64,000 nucleotides of DNA, taken from assembly GCA_963811145.1 (NCBI GenBank), contig CAWEQC010000001.1:104144-168143 (forward strand). Direction: 5' to 3'. Numbering within the stretch: position 1 is the first letter of the stretch; every line of letters begins with the position of its first letter. Below are positions 40,842 through 54,366 of the stretch, piece by piece. The stretch is from an uncultured Chloroflexia bacterium (lineage in GTDB: Bacteria > Chloroflexota > Limnocylindria > QHBO01). The notes under the pieces are model-generated. The model searched no databases and had not been told where the DNA came from. It saw nothing but the letters and a program-made list of their open reading frames with translations. A program made the position numbers and the translations under genes.

Positions 40842-40858
40842 GATCCGTGACACGGATC
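40842..40858. promoter_or_regulatory. 17-bp palindrome GATCCGTG-A-CACGGATC in a divergent promoter region
   Basis: Perfect 8-bp arms, read directly. Lies between the hydrolase (-) and SnoaL-like (+) starts. Confidence 0.35.
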
Positions 40859-40920
40859 CGTACGCCGACCCCGGCACGGGACATGCACCCTCGGCTGATC
40901 AGAACCTGGAGGTGTAACCG

Positions 40921-41373
40921 ATGACGACGACCATTCCCGCCACCGACGTCGATGCCAAGAAGGCGCTGGTTCGGCGGTTCATCGACGAGGTGTTTCTGAA
41001 GGGCGACTTCAGCGCCGTGGACGAGCTGATGACCGACGACTTCATCTCGCACACGTCGGGCCCCGGCGGGTCGGGCAAGGACGGGATGAAGGAGACCATC
41101 AAGCGCGTCTCCGCTGGCCTGACGGACGCGAGCATGAAGATCGAGGACATGATCGCCGAGGACGACCGGGTGGCGGTTCGGCTCACCGGGCACGCCGTTC
41201 AGACCGGCGAGTTCATGGGCATGCCGCCGAGCGGCAAGGCGTACACCATCGGCGAGATCCACATCTTCCGCATCCGGGATGGCAGGGTTGCCGAGCACTG
41301 GCACCAGGCAGACTTCCTCGGCATGATGCGCCAGCTCGGCGCGCTGCCCGAGATGGGTGGCAAGCCCTCCTAG
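40921..41373 (+). CDS. SnoaL-like ester cyclase family protein
   Basis: 150 aa. VRRFIDEVFLKGDFSAVDELMTDDF...GMPPSGK...IFRIRDGRVAEHW is the typical pattern. Confidence 0.8.
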   Translation: MTTTIPATDVDAKKALVRRFIDEVFLKGDFSAVDELMTDDFISHTSGPGGSGKDGMKETIKRVSAGLTDASMKIEDMIAEDDRVAVRLTGHAVQTGEFMGMPPSGKAYTIGEIHIFRIRDGRVAEHWHQADFLGMMRQLGALPEMGGKPS

Positions 41374-42740
41374 CGCTCGAACAGCACGCCGGGGTTGAGG
41401 ATGCCCGCCGGATCCCATGCCGCCTTGATGGCGCGCATGGCGGCCACGGTCTCCTCGCCCCGGTCACGCACCAGCCACCCAACCTTGGCGACGCCGATGC
41501 CGTGCTCGGCGCTCACGCTGCCGCCGAGCTCGAGCACGAGCTCCAGTACGGCGTCGTCGACCCGCTGATCCTCCGGGGCGGGGCCGAGCACGTTGACGTG
41601 CAGGTTCCCGTCGCCGACGTGGCCGTACACGATCGTCCGCGCGTCGACGTCGACCGCCGCCACCACTGCCGGCGCACGCTCGACCAGCTCGGCGTAGCGC
41701 GCGACCGGCACCGAGACGTCGAGCTTGTGCGGCACGCCCTCGGCGTTGATGACCTCGGTGTGCCGCTCTCGCAGCTGCCAGAGCCGGTGCCGCCCGGCCG
41801 GATCGGTCGCCACCGCCGCCGAGCCATCGGCCACGCCGATCGCCTCGAGCGCGGCGAGCAAGGCCTCGGTCGGATCGGCGTCGTCCGAGGCGGCCTCGAC
41901 CAGCAGGTAGACCGGCGTGCGATCGGCGAACGGAGCACCGGCCGAGGTATGGCGCATGACGAGGTCCAGGCCGGCATCGGTGAAGAGCTCCAGCGCAAGC
42001 ACCGATCCGAGCGTGCGACGCAGATCCGAGGCGGTGGCGACCAACGAGGACGCATCGGCAAGGCCGATGACACACACCGCCCGATGCCGAAGCGGCGGCA
42101 CCAGTCGCAGCCTGACGGCGGTGATGACGGCGAGAGTGCCCTCGGACCCTGCCAGCAGGCCGCCCAGGTCGTAGCCGGTATTGTCCTTCGGCATCCCGGG
42201 CAGCCGGCGCAGGATGGTCCCGTCAGCGCGCACCGCCTCGAAGCCGAGGAGCTGCGAGCGCATCGGCCCGTGGCGGACCACGTTGACGCCGCCGGCATTG
42301 GTGGCGACCATGCCGCCGATCGTCGCCGAGTCGCGAGCGCCGAGGTCGACCCCGACCTCCCAGCCGGCTGCCCGCGCCGCGGCCTGCACCGTGCCGAGCG
42401 TCGCACCGCCCCCGACCGTCACCTCGCCTCCCACGCGGTCCACCTGGTCGACGTGGTTCAGTCGCAGCGTGCTGAGCACGACCTCGCCGCCGCGCGGCAC
42501 CGATCCGCCAACCAAACCCGTGTTGCCGCCCTGGGGAACGACGGCGGCGCCAGCTCGCCCGCAGGCGACCAGCACGCGAGCCACCTCGTCCGTCGACGCC
42601 GGTCGAACGACCGCCAGCGCCTCGCCGTGGAAGCGGCGCGTCCAATCGGTCTCGTAGGAGGCGCGCAGGCCAGGATCAGTCAGGCAGTGGCTCTCGCCGA
42701 CGATCTCGCGGAGCGAGACGACGAGCGCGTCTGGGGTCAT
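41370..42740 (-). CDS. FAD-linked oxidase (GlcD / D-lactate dehydrogenase-like)
   Basis: 456 aa. PCMH FAD-binding domain VVPQGGNTGLVGGSVP and C-terminal SAEHGIGVAK. Confidence 0.9.
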   Translation of the reverse strand: MTPDALVVSLREIVGESHCLTDPGLRASYETDWTRRFHGEALAVVRPASTDEVARVLVACGRAGAAVVPQGGNTGLVGGSVPRGGEVVLSTLRLNHVDQVDRVGGEVTVGGGATLGTVQAAARAAGWEVGVDLGARDSATIGGMVATNAGGVNVVRHGPMRSQLLGFEAVRADGTILRRLPGMPKDNTGYDLGGLLAGSEGTLAVITAVRLRLVPPLRHRAVCVIGLADASSLVATASDLRRTLGSVLALELFTDAGLDLVMRHTSAGAPFADRTPVYLLVEAASDDADPTEALLAALEAIGVADGSAAVATDPAGRHRLWQLRERHTEVINAEGVPHKLDVSVPVARYAELVERAPAVVAAVDVDARTIVYGHVGDGNLHVNVLGPAPEDQRVDDAVLELVLELGGSVSAEHGIGVAKVGWLVRDRGEETVAAMRAIKAAWDPAGILNPGVLFER

Positions 42741-42799
42741 GGGCGCATCCTAGCGGCACGCGGCTTGCGCACGATTCGGCACGTGGAGGTGCACTGACG

Positions 42800-43225
42800 A
42801 TGGATGAACGATCGGACCGGCAGCCCCTGCCATCCGAGGACGGCGGCGACCTGGTGGATGAGCCGAGCCGCGGCGAGACCGACGACTACCTCGTCGCCAG
42901 CGCCGAGGGCGTCCCCTACGTCCCGCCGATGGAGCGCGCCATTGGCGAGGAGTCCGATGCCGAGGAGCTCGAGCGCGAGGACGACATCCAGCTGGATGAC
43001 GGCGAGCTGCCGCGCGACGGCGAGCTCCAGGCCGACGTGATCGACGCCTTGCGGGCCTCGGACGTTCCCGCCGGCGAGCGACTGCGGATCGCGGTCAGCG
43101 GCCGGCGAGTGCTCGTCCAGGGCGAGGTCGAGACGATCGAGGCGCTCGACGAGATTCTGGGTATCGTTGGCGACGTCCCGGGCGTCGACGATGTCGTTGA
43201 CGAGGTGACGGTCAGCCGCCTCTGA
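42800..43225 (+). CDS. BON-domain protein with acidic N-terminal region
   Basis: C-terminal LQADVIDALRA...RIAVSGRRVLVQGEVETIEALDEILGIVGDVPGVDDVVDEV fits the BON pattern. Confidence 0.65.
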   Translation: MDERSDRQPLPSEDGGDLVDEPSRGETDDYLVASAEGVPYVPPMERAIGEESDAEELEREDDIQLDDGELPRDGELQADVIDALRASDVPAGERLRIAVSGRRVLVQGEVETIEALDEILGIVGDVPGVDDVVDEVTVSRL

Positions 43226-43246
43226 CGCATCGGCGCATCCTGCGTT

Positions 43247-43281
43247 TGCATGATCATGCATCAGCGTGTTTGGATATGCAC
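43247..43281 (+). promoter_or_regulatory. TGCAT repeats with 10-bp phasing (includes 14-bp palindrome TGCATGATCATGCA) upstream of the GAF-kinase/OmpR operon
   Basis: TGCAT at 43247 and 43257, TGCAC at 43277. Helical phasing is typical for OmpR-family direct-repeat sites. Confidence 0.35.
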
Positions 43282-43307
43282 GTTCCGCCATCACGAGGCC
43301 GCCCACG

Positions 43308-44543
43308 ATGACCGCGAGCCATACCGCCGATCCGACGGCCGCGGGCTCGGCTGAGCTCGGGGCGCTGCGCGAGATCGTCCAGCTCGCGGCCGGCGCCTCC
43401 ACGTGGGACGAGCTGATGCAGCTCATCGTGGATCGCAGCACGGTGGCGATGGACGCCGAGGTCTGCTCGCTCTATCTCGTCGACCGGGATGGGGCCGGGT
43501 TGACGCTCGCGGCGACGAACGGAGTCGATCGGGAGCACATCGGAGTCGCGCGGCTCGAGATCGGACAGGGCATCACCGGCCTGGCCGCCAGCACGCGGGG
43601 AGCGGTGGTCAGCACCGACCTGGCCAACGACCCGCGCTGCGCCTGGATCCGAGGCGTCGATCACGAGCGCTTCACCTCCATCCTGGCAGTGCCGCTCGAG
43701 GCGGGCGACCACGTCGTCGGCGTCCTCAACGTCAAGACCGAGGCGCGTCGGGACTTCGACGAGTCCGAGATTCGGCGACTGTCGACGATCGCCTCGCTGC
43801 TCGCGGGAGTCGTGGAGCGTCGCCGCCTGCACCTCGAGACCGAGGCGCAGCTCGACGGGCTGCGCAGCGTCGACCAGGCACGGGCCGAGCTCATCGCGGT
43901 CGTCACCCATCAGCTGCGCACGCCGCTGGCCGTTGTCCGCGCCTACCTCGACCTGCTGTCGGAGACGGCGGATGCGTCGAAGGCCGATGAGGTCGCCGGC
44001 TGGCACGAGGCGGCAACCGGCCAGGTGCTTCGCCTGAATGACCTGGTCGACACCATCCTTGAGACGGTGCGCGCCGATCGGCTGCTGACCGTCGAGATCC
44101 GCCGGTTCGACGTGGGTGCGGTCATCGACGAGGTGCTGACACGCCTGGCGCCGTTGCTGCGCCGCCACCGATTGGAGCGGTACGCCACCGGCAGCCGGAT
44201 GGCGCTCGGCGATCCCGGGCGGCTGGCACAGGTGCTCGAGCTGCTGCTCGAGAATGCCGCCAAGTACGCGCCGGCCGGCGCCGAGATCGTGGTGGCCGAC
44301 TGGTCAGCCGAGGGCGAGGTGCGCGTCGCGGTCGGCGACGACGGCCCGGGCGTGCCAGCCGACATGCGCGAGAGCGTCTTCGAGCCGTTCGTTCGCCTGA
44401 ACCAGACCGATGCGCCCGGCACGGGCGTCGGCCTCTTCGCCGCGCGCCGCCTGGTCGCCGCCATGGACGGGCGCCTCTGGATCGAGGACAAGCCCGCCGG
44501 CGGCAGCCAGTTCGTCACCGCCTTGCCGGAGGCGGCCGCATGA
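43308..44543 (+). CDS. GAF-domain sensor histidine kinase
   Basis: GAF region (EVCSLYLVD...GITGLAA...VPL), H-box VTHQLRTPL, N-box LLENAAKYAP, GTGVGL. ATG 43308 is preferred to GTG 43266, which sits inside the repeat site. Confidence 0.85.
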   Translation: MTASHTADPTAAGSAELGALREIVQLAAGASTWDELMQLIVDRSTVAMDAEVCSLYLVDRDGAGLTLAATNGVDREHIGVARLEIGQGITGLAASTRGAVVSTDLANDPRCAWIRGVDHERFTSILAVPLEAGDHVVGVLNVKTEARRDFDESEIRRLSTIASLLAGVVERRRLHLETEAQLDGLRSVDQARAELIAVVTHQLRTPLAVVRAYLDLLSETADASKADEVAGWHEAATGQVLRLNDLVDTILETVRADRLLTVEIRRFDVGAVIDEVLTRLAPLLRRHRLERYATGSRMALGDPGRLAQVLELLLENAAKYAPAGAEIVVADWSAEGEVRVAVGDDGPGVPADMRESVFEPFVRLNQTDAPGTGVGLFAARRLVAAMDGRLWIEDKPAGGSQFVTALPEAAA

Positions 44544-45209
44544 GCCCCGAGACCCCGCTGCGCATCCTGGTCATCGACGACGAGCCGGCCATGATCGGTG
44601 CCGTCGCCGCGCTGGTGGGCAGCGTCGGACATCGGGTGAGCGCCGCCTACGACGGCCACGAGGCATTGCGACGCTTCGATGCCGATCGGCCGGACCTCGT
44701 GATCCTGGACCTCGCGATGCCGGGCCTCGACGGGATCGCGGTCTGCGGCGAGATCCGGAAGCGTGGTGCGACGCCGATCATCGTGCTGTCCGGCGAGGGC
44801 CAGGAGGCCGCCAAGGTGGAGGCGCTCGACGCCGGCGCCGACGACTACGTCACCAAGCCGTTTGGCAAGGACGAGCTGCTGGCCCGCATCCGGGCCGTCA
44901 GCCGCCGGCGATCCGAGCCGGCTGCGGCAAGCACGGGCGGCAGGTCGCTGCGCATCGATCGGCGGCGCCACGAGGCGTGGGCGGGCGACACGCCGCTTCC
45001 GCTGACGCCGATCGAGTTCGCACTGCTGGATGCGCTGGTCAGGGCGAACGGCGACCTCGTGACCCACGAGGAGCTGTTGCAGGTCGGCTGGCGAGGCGAG
45101 CCCGACCCCGACCCGCTGTGGATCAAGCCGCACCTTGCCCGCCTGCGCTCCAAGCTGCGCGATGCCGGTGCGCCGCTCCCCACGCCGGTGCGTTCGCTCG
45201 GTTATCGCC

Positions 45210-49585
<4,376 letters not shown>

Positions 49586-49617
49586 CGGTCGAGCTCGCCT
49601 CTGCGCGGGTGTTTCCC

Positions 49618-49646
49618 ACGCTAGGAGCGGTCGAACCGGGTGTCAG
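49618..49646 (-). promoter_or_regulatory. candidate gltB promoter CTGACA-N17-TAGCGT
   Basis: Read on the minus strand. The -10 ends 32 nt upstream of the gltB ATG. Confidence 0.35.
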
Positions 49647-49696
49647 CGCCAGCGGAGTTCCGGCTGTGTCGCGATCCGGTCACGAATCGGCGACAC

Positions 49697-49715
49697 CGTT
49701 CCGCAACGTTCCGCA
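49697..49715. promoter_or_regulatory. tandem TGCGGAACG repeats (10-bp period) upstream of gltB
   Basis: Minus strand reads aTGCGGAACGtTGCGGAACGg, about 50 nt upstream of the candidate -35. Confidence 0.3.
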
Positions 49716-49775
49716 TCCCCGCGATGTTTGCCGTGCGGGCAAGTAATGACCGAGCAACGCCGAATGCGGGCGTCC

Positions 49776-49863
49776 GGCTGGCCGTGCATTGCGCCGGTGG
49801 CTACGACCGGCCAGCAGGGAGCATCAACCTGGCTGTTAGTTGCGCCGGGCGCAAATTGCGGGC
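49776..49863. repeat. intergenic repeat element, copy A (about 90 nt)
   Basis: Shares an exact 16-mer TGGCTGTTAGTTGCGC (49830-49845) with 63212-63227. Flanks align at about 70% identity, with the same 54-56 nt spacing between a (G/T)TGGCCG box and the TGGCTGTT box. Confidence 0.6.
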
Positions 49864-49932
49864 CTCCGCCCCTCGGCCGACGAGAGTCCCCGCGTCAGAC
49901 CTGGGTGGAGAAGGAGCCCTGCGCGCGGGGCC

Positions 49933-50349
49933 TCAGAACGCCATCTCGGAGTCCAGGCGGCGCAGCCGCCGCCCAACCTCCTCCATGACTGCCCTGCGAA
50001 TGGCGGGCGATGCGTCGAGGAGCTGGCTGAATCGCTGGTGCGTCATCACGATCAGCGTCGAAGGCGACTCGGCAACGGTGGTGGCAGTCCGGGGACCTCC
50101 ATCGAGCAGGGAGATCTCGCCGAGGAAATCACCGTCGCGGAGGGTGTTGACCGTTTGCCCGCCGCGCTCGACCCGAACCGTTCCAGAGGCGATCACGAAG
50201 AAGTAGCCCTCGTGTCGGCCCTCGTGGGTCAGCTCGGTGCCGGCTGGGGCGTCCATCTCCTCCGCGATCCGGGCGACCTCCTCGAGCTCGTCGGGCTCCA
50301 ACCCGGCGAACAACGGTACGCTCCGCAGGAGCTCCAGCTTCTGGTCCAT
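49933..50349 (-). CDS. stand-alone cyclic-nucleotide-binding domain protein
   Basis: Start set at MDQKLELLRSVPLFAGLEPDELEEV (AAGGAG 8 nt upstream). FLGEISLLDGGPRTATV is the phosphate-binding cassette region. 138 aa. Confidence 0.85.
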   Translation of the reverse strand: MDQKLELLRSVPLFAGLEPDELEEVARIAEEMDAPAGTELTHEGRHEGYFFVIASGTVRVERGGQTVNTLRDGDFLGEISLLDGGPRTATTVAESPSTLIVMTHQRFSQLLDASPAIRRAVMEEVGRRLRRLDSEMAF

Positions 50350-50371
50350 GGTCCCGGCACTCCTTTGTGTT

Positions 50372-50403
50372 GGGAGAGGCCAAAACTGATGGGGAGAGGC
50401 CAA
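50372..50403. repeat. two perfect 12-nt direct repeats GGGAGAGGCCAA, 20-bp period
   Basis: 50372-50383 and 50392-50403, in the divergent spacer between the cNMP-binding gene and the APC permease gene. Confidence 0.5.
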
Positions 50404-50559
50404 GCCGGTCCGGTCCCGTGATCGGTGAGGATAGCGGCGCGAATAGCGCTGCTCAAGACCGAGCATTGGCGCTTCCCGGCGCGCGTATGCTCCGCATGGC
50501 GGTTCGCCAGGGCACGGCGTGCTGCGATTAAAGGGAGGCATCGGAGGAGGACATTTCCC

Positions 50560-52105
50560 GTGACCTCAACCGCGGAAATCTCAGGGGGAAGCCCATCGCT
50601 GGAGCGCGACGCCATCGGACTGCCCGAGGTGCTGTTCCAGTCGATCACCCACATGGCGCCGGCAGTGGCCACGGCGCTCTCCATCGGCGCCGCGACATCG
50701 TTCGCGGGCGGCATCACGCCGCTGGCAGTCCTGTTCGCGATGATCGCGGTGCTCTTCACCGCCTTCTCGATGGCCGAGCTCGCTCGCCATCTCCCATCGG
50801 CCGGGGGCATGTACACGTACGTTGGCCGTGGCCTCGGCTCGTTCTTCGGCTGGCTCGTCGCCTGGAGCTTCGCCCTCGCCGAGCCGCTCGTCATGCCGCT
50901 CCTGCTGGGCGGCTTCGGGTTCTACGGCGCCATCTTCCTGTCGTCCTACCTCAGCATCGACTTCGAGTTCGCGTGGATCGCCCTGGCCATCCTGTGCGGC
51001 CTCGTCGTCTGGTGGCTGACGTACCGGGGGGTCGGGCTCTCGACCCGGGCCGGCCTGGTGCTGGGCATCATCGAGATTGCGATCTTCCTGCTCATCTCCA
51101 CGCTCCTCATCGTCAACGCCCAGAACAACACGCTGAGCGTCTTCGTCCCGGGCGATGACGGTGTGAAGCCCGCGTTCCAGGGCATGATCTTCTGCCTGCT
51201 CGCCTTCATCGGCTTCGAGGCGGCGGCGCCGCTCGGGGAGGAGACCAGGGAGCCTCGGAGCACGATTCCGCGTGCCGTGATCTGGTCGGCGATCCTGGTC
51301 GGCCTGTTCTACGTCTTCTGCTATTACGCGGCCACCGTCTTCTTCGGGCCCGATGAGATGGTCGGGTTCTACACCTCGCATGACGGCGACCCGTGGGGCT
51401 TCATGGCCGAGCAGGTCCTGCCCGGAATCGGTGGCCTGCTGGTCGTGTTCGCGATCCTGAACAGCTCGCTGGCCAACGCAAACGCGGGTGCCACTGCGGC
51501 AACCCGATCGCTCTTCGCGATGGGACGCGCGGGCCTGCTGCCGCGATTCTTCGCTGCGGTTCATCCCGAGACGCGCGCGCCGGTCAACGCGGTCCACTTC
51601 CAGGCCGTGACCGGCCTGATCATCGCCGTCGTCCTCGGACTCGTGCTCGCCAACGACCCGTTCGAGACGCCGGAGGGCGCCAGCAGCTTCGGCGGCCTCA
51701 ACGTGTACGTCTTCCTGGGCACGATGCTCGGGCTGATCTTCGCCGGGATCTACATCCTGGTGAACCTGGCGTGCATCGGCTACTTCTGGCGGCAGCGACG
51801 CGACGAGTTCAACGCGATCAAGCACCTCCTGGTGCCGATCCTCGGCGTCATCGCCATGATCCCCGCCCTGCTCGCCGTGATCGGCGGGCGTGACGATCCC
51901 GATCCTCGACATCGAGCTGCCTCCGTACGAGACGGCCCTCCGCTGGACGGCCCCGATCGTGGGGATCTGGGTGGTGCTCGGGATCCTGGTCTACTTCGTC
52001 CTCCGCTCTCGAAGCCCGGAGGCGCTGCAACGCGTGAACGACGTCTACGGTGGCGACACGGTCACCGCGGAGACAGCACCGCCACCGGAGCGGACGACCT
52101 ACTGA
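50560..52105 (+). pseudogene. APC-superfamily amino acid/polyamine permease; one frameshift before the last helix
   Basis: GTG 50560 follows GGAGGAGG. 12 TM. ...ALLAVIGG | VTIPILDIELPPYETALRWTAPIVGIWVVLGILVYF..., with an extra base near 51888. Confidence 0.8.
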
Positions 52106-52112
52106 CCGATGC

Positions 52113-52134
52113 GGGCCGGCCTCCGGGCCGGCCC
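52113..52134. terminator. bidirectional terminator-like hairpin between convergent genes
   Basis: GGGCCGGCC-tccg-GGCCGGCCC, perfect 9-bp stem, between the permease stop (52105) and the formamidase stop (52140). Confidence 0.45.
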
Positions 52135-52139
52135 GTCGT

Positions 52140-53090
52140 CTACCCGAAGATGCCCAGCGGGCAGTGGGCGGTAACGACGAAGTTCGGCACGTCGACGATC
52201 TCGCTGATGCGCAGGTCGACCGCCACGCTGCACAGCAGGTAGGCCTGCATGGGGTCGAGCCCGTGCTCGCGGCCGAGCCACTCGATCATGCGCTTCACCG
52301 CGTCGCGGGCCGCCTGCATGAGGTCCGGCCCGATGCCATCGGTGGCGTAGCGGGCCCCGTTGCGCAGGGCGGCGTGCGGGTCTGGCGCGGCGATGAACTC
52401 GGGACCGGTCAGGTGGAGGTCCTTGCGCACCGTCAGCCGGACGAGCGCCCGCATCGGCGTCTCGATCGCCGTGCCCGATACCTCGCCGTCCCCCTGCGTG
52501 GCGTGGCCGTCGCCGATCGAGAAGAGCGCGCCGGCGTGGAATACCGGCAGGAACAGGGTGGAGCCGGCGACCAGGTGCCTGGTGTCCATGTTGCCGCCAT
52601 GCAGGTCGGGCGGGATGGTTGAGAGCGGGCCTGTCTTCGGGGCGACTCCCACCTCGCCACAGAACGGAGCGAGGGGCAGGGTGATGCCAGGCCAGAACTC
52701 GACGCGATCGGCCCCCGGGGTGAGGCGGGTGATCTTCAGGTAGCCGTCGGGAAAGTCGTCGGCCAGCAGTCCGAAGCCGGAGATCGAGGCCGTCCAGCCC
52801 CAGTCGGCGTGCGAGAAGTCGAGCAGGTCGACCTGGAGCGTGTCGCCCGGCTCGGCGCCGTCGACGGCGACCGGCCCGGTGACCTGGTCGACGCGGTCGA
52901 AGTCGAGCGTCGCGAGCGAGGCGGTCGTCGATTCGGCCGTGATCTCGCCGTTCGACGCGTCGAGGCAGTCGAACTCGACCACGTCGCCGGAGCCCACGCT
53001 GGCCACCGGCGGGATGGCGGGGTCCCAGGCAAGGTGGTTCTGCTCGCGCGCAATGAGGACGCTCGGCGTCGGGAGCGACATGGGTCGCAT
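52140..53090 (-). CDS. acetamidase/formamidase family amidohydrolase
   Basis: Start at MRPMSLPTPSV. GGNMDTRHL and GDGHATQGDGEVSGTAIE are hallmark motifs. Confidence 0.85.
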   Translation of the reverse strand: MRPMSLPTPSVLIAREQNHLAWDPAIPPVASVGSGDVVEFDCLDASNGEITAESTTASLATLDFDRVDQVTGPVAVDGAEPGDTLQVDLLDFSHADWGWTASISGFGLLADDFPDGYLKITRLTPGADRVEFWPGITLPLAPFCGEVGVAPKTGPLSTIPPDLHGGNMDTRHLVAGSTLFLPVFHAGALFSIGDGHATQGDGEVSGTAIETPMRALVRLTVRKDLHLTGPEFIAAPDPHAALRNGARYATDGIGPDLMQAARDAVKRMIEWLGREHGLDPMQAYLLCSVAVDLRISEIVDVPNFVVTAHCPLGIFG

Positions 53091-53136
53091 TGTGTCAGAC
53101 GCCGCAACCGATTCGCGAGGGCTACGATGCGGACGC

Positions 53137-54151
53137 ATGGACGCTGACCGGGTCGTCGTCGGGATCGACAACGGCGCCACCAAGAACAACGCCACGGTGC
53201 TCGACGCATCGGGCCGCTTCCTGGTGGATCGGATGTACGAGATCCCGAGCCGGGTCGGCGAGGGCCCGGAGGCCGCCATCGAGGCGATGGCCGAGACGAT
53301 GGACCTCGTGCTCCACGAGACCGGCGTCGCGTTGGAGCGGGTGGCGGCGGTCGGGCTGGACACGCCCGGGCCGGCAAGCGCCGTGGGCGTCATCAGCGCC
53401 AGGGGTGCCACGAACTTCTCGCAGCCCGCCTGGTGGGGCTTCGACGTGCGGAGCGCGCTGGAGGCGCGCATCGGGCTGCCGGTCGTCTACAACAACGACG
53501 GCAACGCCGCCGCCCTGTATGCGCACCAGGTCCACTTCGGAGCGGATGCGCCGATGCATTCCTCGGTGTCGGCCGTCGTCGGCACCGGGCTCGGCGGCGG
53601 GGTGATCGAGGCGGGCCAGGTCGTCCGCGGCGCGGCCGGCATGGCCGGCGAGCTCGGGCACGTCCAGATCTTCACGGACGGCCTGCTGGCCGATGACCAG
53701 CCGATGCCGACCTGCAACTGCGGCAACCCCGGCGACGTGGAGAGCATCGCGTCGCTGACCGGGATCGTACGCAACCTGCTCCCCTACTGGCTCACGCGAT
53801 ATCCAGACCATCCGCTGGCCTCCCTGCCCGTCGCACAGGCCGCCAAGGAGGTACGGGCCTACGGCGTCGACGGCGACGAGATGGCGCTCAAGCTGTTCGA
53901 CCAGCAGGCCGGCGCGGTCGGGCGCCTCTTCACGATTGCCGCGAACTACAGCGACCCGAGCGTCTACTTCGTCGGCGGCGGCGTGGTCGAGGCGGCACCG
54001 CATTTCCGCGACTGGTTCCTGCGAGAGGGTCAAGGCGCACACGAGCCTGCGCGAGGAGCAGGCAGAGCTGGAGACCTTCGCCCTCGTTCCCGACCGGGAC
54101 ATGGCCGGCGCCCGTGGATCCGCGTTGGCCGCCCTCGCCCTGGCGGACTGA
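53137..54151 (+). pseudogene. ROK-family sugar kinase/regulator; one frameshift near the C-terminus
   Basis: VVVGIDNGATK, GTGLGGGVI and Zn motif HVQ...CNCGNPGDVE. HFRDWFL | ERVKAHTSLREEQ..., with an extra base near 54022. Confidence 0.8.
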
Positions 54152-54237
54152 TCCCGTCCGTCTGCCGCGAACGGTACAGATTCACACCAGGTGACCATTA
54201 CGCGCCAAATTGGCGGGTTGGAGCGTCCTCCTGCACG

Positions 54238-54307
54238 CCTCGCGTGAATCTGGACGCCTCGACGCGGGGGTGTTGCACCTCACGCTCACCTCGCGTGAAT
54301 CTGGACG
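54238..54307 (+). repeat. two perfect 19-nt direct repeats CCTCGCGTGAATCTGGACG (51-bp period) upstream of bioY
   Basis: 54238-54256 and 54289-54307, read directly. AT-enriched 215-bp spacer. Confidence 0.55.
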
Positions 54308-54350
54308 TTTCGTTGGTTGCGAGCGGACCTACCGAGCTCAATCGTGGCGG

Positions 54351-54359
54351 TGCTAATGT
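54351..54359 (+). promoter_or_regulatory. extended -10 TGcTAATGT positioned for a leaderless bioY mRNA
   Basis: TAATGT ends 7 nt before the bioY ATG (54367). No Shine-Dalgarno is possible at that spacing. Confidence 0.35.
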
Positions 54360-54366
54360 GCGCGCC

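Noticed and set aside
50404-50559. Possible riboswitch in the 210-nt spacer upstream of the APC permease
   Set aside because: I could not match it to T-box, glycine, lysine or other amino-acid riboswitch cores by eye, and it has no terminator. It is left as unexplained spacer apart from the 12-nt direct repeats.
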